Part shown: positions 59,981-64,000 of the stretch, piece after piece | Layout: each line of letters opens with the position of its first letter | How positions within the stretch are numbered: position 1 is the first letter of the stretch | From: Bacteroidales bacterium | Lineage (GTDB): Bacteria; Bacteroidota; Bacteroidia; Bacteroidales; 4484-276 | Assembly (NCBI GenBank): GCA_014860585.1 | Contig: JACZJL010000027.1 | Span: 10,242 to 74,241, forward strand | Direction: 5' to 3' | DNA length: 64,000 nt | Notes under the pieces: model-generated | What the model was told of the DNA's origin: nothing | The model's database searches: none | The model's input: only the letters and a program-made list of their open reading frames with translations | Program-made: the position numbers and the translations under genes

Positions 59981-60006
59981 GACGTGATAAAAAAGCAAAG
60001 GTTACA
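59981..60006 (-). promoter_or_regulatory. ECF-type promoter TGTAAC-N16-CGTC (probable autoregulation)
   Basis: Plus strand GACG at 59981-59984 and GTTACA at 60001-60006, 11 nt from the ATG. Confidence 0.7.
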
Positions 60007-60105
60007 TTTTTTCAAAAATACACTTTTCTGTTTGATGAGTAAAATGAAGCCTGTGCCTATTTTTGTTTACTTTTACCGTCTTATTCATCGCATAGATTTA
60101 GCGCC

Positions 60106-61431
60106 ATGACCAATCATACCGTACTGTCGAAACTCCACCCGACTGATATAGCCGCGGTAATTGAATCGCAAAAAGACAACGAACAGCTGATCACTTTCCT
60201 GATGCTTCCGAAGGATTTGAAAGCAGAGGTGTTCACCTATTTTTCTCCTTCGATGCAGGAGGAGATGATTCAGAAACTTGGATCAAGCCAAACCGCTGAG
60301 ATCCTTGAAAATATGGCGCCTGACGATCGCACCGAAATCCTCGAAAACATCCCTGATACACTGATTAAAGAGAGCATCAATCTGCTTTCGGATAAAGAAA
60401 AAAATATTGCCCTTAGCCTGTTGGGCTACCCCGAAGGGTGCGTTGCCAGGCTGATGACTCCGTATTATGTTCAGGCAAAAAAGGATTGGACAATCAAAAA
60501 AACTTTCGACCATATTAAGAAATTTGGCAAGAAGGCTGAAACGCTCAACTTCGTTTATGTGGTGGATGATAACAATAAGCTGATTGATGACATCAGGATT
60601 GGGATTTTGCTGATGGCCGATGAAAGACAAACCCTTGACTCAGTGATGGACTACGAGTTCAAAAACCTGGTCACTACCATGTCAAAAGAAGACGCCATTC
60701 ACTATTTCGACAAATACGACCGTGCGGCCCTGCCGGTTACTACTGTTGACGGAACATTGGTGGGGATTGTGACCTTCGACGATATCATGGACGAGATCGA
60801 AAAGCGCGACACCGAGGACTTCCAGAAACTTGGCGGTGTGGAAGCACTTGACCTGTCATACACCGAGACTCCGCTGCTGAGTATGGTGCGAAAACGTGCT
60901 TTTTGGCTTATCATCCTGTTTGTTGGCGAAATGTTTACCGCAAGTGCGCTGGGATTTTTTGAAAGCGAAATTGCCGCTGCCGTTGTGCTCGTATTGTTCA
61001 TACCGCTTATCATTTCCAGTGGTGGTAACTCCGGATCGCAGGCAGCGACACTGATCGTGAGGGCTATGGCATTGAAGGAACTTTCGTTTAAAGACTGGTT
61101 TTACGTGTTGAAAAAAGAAATATTCTCGGGATTTCTCCTTGGAATGATCCTCGGTTCGGTTGGATTATTGAAAATAATCGCCTGGCAATATTTTGAAATT
61201 GCCGATTATGGAGAACACTGGCTTTTCCTTGGACTAACGATTTTCTTTTCATTGATCGGGGTGGTGATGTGGGGTACTTTTAGCGGCTCGATGATTCCCA
61301 TCTTCCTGAAAAAATTCAAATTAGATCCTGCAACATCCTCTTCCCCACTGGTTGCTACCCTTGTTGATGTAACCGGGATTGTGATCTACTTTTCAGTCGC
61401 TGCGCTGATGCTTACAGGCAAGTTGCTTTAG
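60106..61431 (+). CDS. mgtE: Magnesium transporter MgtE
   Basis: MAPDDR, CBS pair, SSGGNSGSQA, LDPATSSSPLVATLVDVTG. Confidence 0.95.
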   Translation: MTNHTVLSKLHPTDIAAVIESQKDNEQLITFLMLPKDLKAEVFTYFSPSMQEEMIQKLGSSQTAEILENMAPDDRTEILENIPDTLIKESINLLSDKEKNIALSLLGYPEGCVARLMTPYYVQAKKDWTIKKTFDHIKKFGKKAETLNFVYVVDDNNKLIDDIRIGILLMADERQTLDSVMDYEFKNLVTTMSKEDAIHYFDKYDRAALPVTTVDGTLVGIVTFDDIMDEIEKRDTEDFQKLGGVEALDLSYTETPLLSMVRKRAFWLIILFVGEMFTASALGFFESEIAAAVVLVLFIPLIISSGGNSGSQAATLIVRAMALKELSFKDWFYVLKKEIFSGFLLGMILGSVGLLKIIAWQYFEIADYGEHWLFLGLTIFFSLIGVVMWGTFSGSMIPIFLKKFKLDPATSSSPLVATLVDVTGIVIYFSVAALMLTGKLL

Positions 61432-61480
61432 TAAATGTTCAATTTTAATTTTTATACACAAGCAATCAAACCATGTGATC

Positions 61481-62389
61481 ATGAAAACTGTTTCCGTTAT
61501 TCTGACCACTTTTAATTCAGAAAGGTTCATCGCCAGGACGCTCAACTCAATCCTGAACCAAAAAGGAGTTGGAACAGATTTCAACCTTGAAGTGATTGTC
61601 GTTGATGATTTTTCGAATGACAGAACACTGGATATTTTAAAGGCTTACAACATTAAAATTATATCTACAAATTACAATTCCGGTGGTCCAAACCGCGGAA
61701 GAAATATTGGGATCAAGGCAGCTACCGGCGATTATCTTTGCATTGCCGACCATGATGATGAATGGGTTGAGGACAAAATATTAAATCAACTTCCCTATCT
61801 TCAACAAGCCCCCATTGTTTCATCGGGTTACACAGTAACTGATATTCATACGAATAAGAAACTTCTGCGATATGATGAAAGCCCTGATGGTGCTGTCTTT
61901 TATGCCGAAAATGAAACCTTTCTGAACAAGCTGAAAAAAACCAATAAAGGTCAGAAAGCCTACCTCGGCAGCCTTATTTTTCACAGCAACCTGAAAAACA
62001 TTCTTTTTGAAGAATCTTTTGGAGTGGTTGATTTCGATTGGATCCTGAGACTTTTTCATAAACAACGATCAGTTGAAATCAGCAGACCATTGTATAACCG
62101 GTGGGTCGAAAGTTCGAATTTATCCCTGAATGAGTCTTATCGACGAAAAGACTTTTATTATTCATTGATGATTATTGAAGATTATCGTGCTTTGTACCCA
62201 AAAGAAGTCAACATTGCTTACAAAAGAATTCATGGCTCAAGAGCAAGGTATTATTACCTGATGGGCAACATGAAGTTAGCCAGGTTCTTTTTTGCCAGGT
62301 CTGAATGTAGCATTAAGACCCTGGCATATTATCTTACAACATTTTTCGGTTCATCATTCGTTAAGAAGCACTTCAATGTTTTTGGTTAG
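61481..62389 (+). CDS. GT2 family glycosyltransferase
   Basis: VSVILTTFN, VVDDFSND, GGPNRGRNIG, DHDD. Confidence 0.9.
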   Translation: MKTVSVILTTFNSERFIARTLNSILNQKGVGTDFNLEVIVVDDFSNDRTLDILKAYNIKIISTNYNSGGPNRGRNIGIKAATGDYLCIADHDDEWVEDKILNQLPYLQQAPIVSSGYTVTDIHTNKKLLRYDESPDGAVFYAENETFLNKLKKTNKGQKAYLGSLIFHSNLKNILFEESFGVVDFDWILRLFHKQRSVEISRPLYNRWVESSNLSLNESYRRKDFYYSLMIIEDYRALYPKEVNIAYKRIHGSRARYYYLMGNMKLARFFFARSECSIKTLAYYLTTFFGSSFVKKHFNVFG

Positions 62390-62400
62390 AACAGCTGTAT

Positions 62401-63168
62401 ATGATCACACGATTTAAGGATAAGTTTAGTGAAATTCTGTTGAATTATCATTCCGGAAAAAGGAAGAAGTCAATCGCAAAGGAAATTGATCCTGAATTTG
62501 TTGCTCATTTCAACATTGATGTTGAATGCAAACCGGCATGGTATGGAACAAGCTATGGCGGTTTTTATGTGCTGCCTGAACTGCTCAACGAAAATTCCAT
62601 CATCTACTCGATCGGTGTCGGGAAAGATATTTCGTTCGACAAAGCCTGTATCAAAAAGCACAATTGCAAAGTGTTTGCTTTTGACCCCACGCCAAAATCT
62701 ATTGAATGGATCAAAAGGCAGAAGTTACCGGTAAATTTCAGATTTTTCCCTTTTGGAATCAGCTCTGCAGACACAGGTTATTTTGAATTTTACCTGCCTA
62801 AACATGAAAAAGGCGTGTCAGGAAGCCTTGTGTTGCAAAATGATGTTGCAAAAGATAAACCCATTTCTGTCCTGATGAAATCATTCAGCGATATTACAAA
62901 TGAACTGGATCACCGGCATATTGATGTATTAAAAATGGATATTGAGGGTGCAGAATATGTAGCTTTAAAGCATGTTTTAAACTCACCGGTCATCGTTGAT
63001 CAGCTCATTATTGAATTTCATGATCGCAGTTTTGAACAGACTACACCCAAATCCAGGAATATTGTAAAGCAATTGCTTGATAGCGGCTATCACATTTTTG
63101 GTTGTTCGATTTCGTTTGAAGAAATTTCATTTGTGCATCATAGAAAGTTCAAAGCGCTGGGATTGTAA
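62401..63168 (+). CDS. FkbM-family methyltransferase
   Basis: YSIGVGKDISFD, AFDPTP, IDVLKMDIEGAE, QLIIEFH. Confidence 0.85.
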   Translation: MITRFKDKFSEILLNYHSGKRKKSIAKEIDPEFVAHFNIDVECKPAWYGTSYGGFYVLPELLNENSIIYSIGVGKDISFDKACIKKHNCKVFAFDPTPKSIEWIKRQKLPVNFRFFPFGISSADTGYFEFYLPKHEKGVSGSLVLQNDVAKDKPISVLMKSFSDITNELDHRHIDVLKMDIEGAEYVALKHVLNSPVIVDQLIIEFHDRSFEQTTPKSRNIVKQLLDSGYHIFGCSISFEEISFVHHRKFKALGL

Positions 63169-63353
63169 GTATACAGATTTATTTCCTCATCACGGCAATA
63201 TTGGTCATCTGAAAAAACAAATTCCCTGACTTTTGAACAAAGATTTAGCATGCAAGTTTGTTAAGTGAAGCATAAGCCAAAGGAAAATTTGCGGGCTCAT
63301 TCATTAATTTTAATTTTGTGCTTTCGTATTCTTCAAAGAAAAACCGGATTACT

Positions 63354-63941
63354 ATGGATAAAATCAAACTTGAGATTCTTGGAATGTCATACAGCCAGTC
63401 ACAGAGTGGCGCTTATGCACTGATCCTGGGGGAAGTGGATGGAAAACGCCGGCTTCCGATCATTATCGGTGGGTTTGAAGCACAGGCCATTGCTATCGAA
63501 TTGGAAAAAATGAAACCTGCCAGGCCGCTCACACACGATTTACTCAAAAGAGTGGCTGATGCATACGGAGTCAGGGTAAATGAGGTGATCATCAATAAAT
63601 TTTTTGAAGGTGTTTTTTATGCACAGCTCATTTGCGATGATGGCAAACAGGTAATGGAAATTGACTCGCGCACATCGGATGCAGTGGCCATTGCATTGCG
63701 CTTCAACTGCCCGATTTATACTTTCGAGAATATCATGTCGCAAGCCGGAATTGTGGTTCAGGACAACAAAGACGAAAAGCAGGAAGCCGAAGAGTGGTTT
63801 GGCGAGAAGGAGGATAGCCCTTACGAACGATTTTCTATTGCAGAACTAGAAGATATGATCCAAAAAGCTGTAGAATTGGAAGAATACGAAAAAGCTTCAA
63901 AAATAAGAGACGAGATTAAACGCCGAGAACGCACAAAATAA
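63354..63941 (+). CDS. Bifunctional nuclease (DUF151) with C-terminal UvrB/C motif
   Basis: LPIIIGGFEAQAIA, RPLTHDL, IDSRTSDAVAIALR, AVELEEYEKASKIRDEI; start MDKIKL at 63354. Confidence 0.92.
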   Translation: MDKIKLEILGMSYSQSQSGAYALILGEVDGKRRLPIIIGGFEAQAIAIELEKMKPARPLTHDLLKRVADAYGVRVNEVIINKFFEGVFYAQLICDDGKQVMEIDSRTSDAVAIALRFNCPIYTFENIMSQAGIVVQDNKDEKQEAEEWFGEKEDSPYERFSIAELEDMIQKAVELEEYEKASKIRDEIKRRERTK

Positions 63942-64000
63942 TGATATTTGCACCGAAGTTTTAATTCATGATTTTTTAATCAAAATTTCGGTATGAAAAA

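Overview
Bacteroidota chromosomal DNA, probably an anaerobic Bacteroidales-type organism (SusC/SusD, T9SS C-terminal domains, TAnnTTTG promoters). (1) <1-37171, all minus strand: a large beta-1,3-glucan (laminarin-type) polysaccharide utilisation locus. It holds a Y_Y_Y/LuxR regulator, susC, susD, two surface glycan-binding lipoproteins, GH16, GH158, four GH17s, a GH-A/GH2-like enzyme, GH30, a GH149-like phosphorylase, GH81, three MFS transporters and two secreted non-catalytic modular proteins. Two of its promoters share an identically spaced tandem operator, and a 150-bp palindromic element sits in frame inside the GH30 signal peptide. (2) 37727-46241, plus strand: a five-gene operon resembling a trans-envelope electron conduit, made of a His-rich membrane protein, a circularly permuted Fe-S flavoprotein, 20-heme and 40-heme c-type cytochromes and a beta-barrel. 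(3) 47140-64000: a T9SS S8 protease, a T9SS-type gene interrupted by one in-frame TGA in a CxxU context followed by a hairpin (candidate secreted selenoprotein), and housekeeping genes. Family calls come from motif recognition by eye, not database searches. No rRNA, tRNA, CRISPR array or transposase was recognised.
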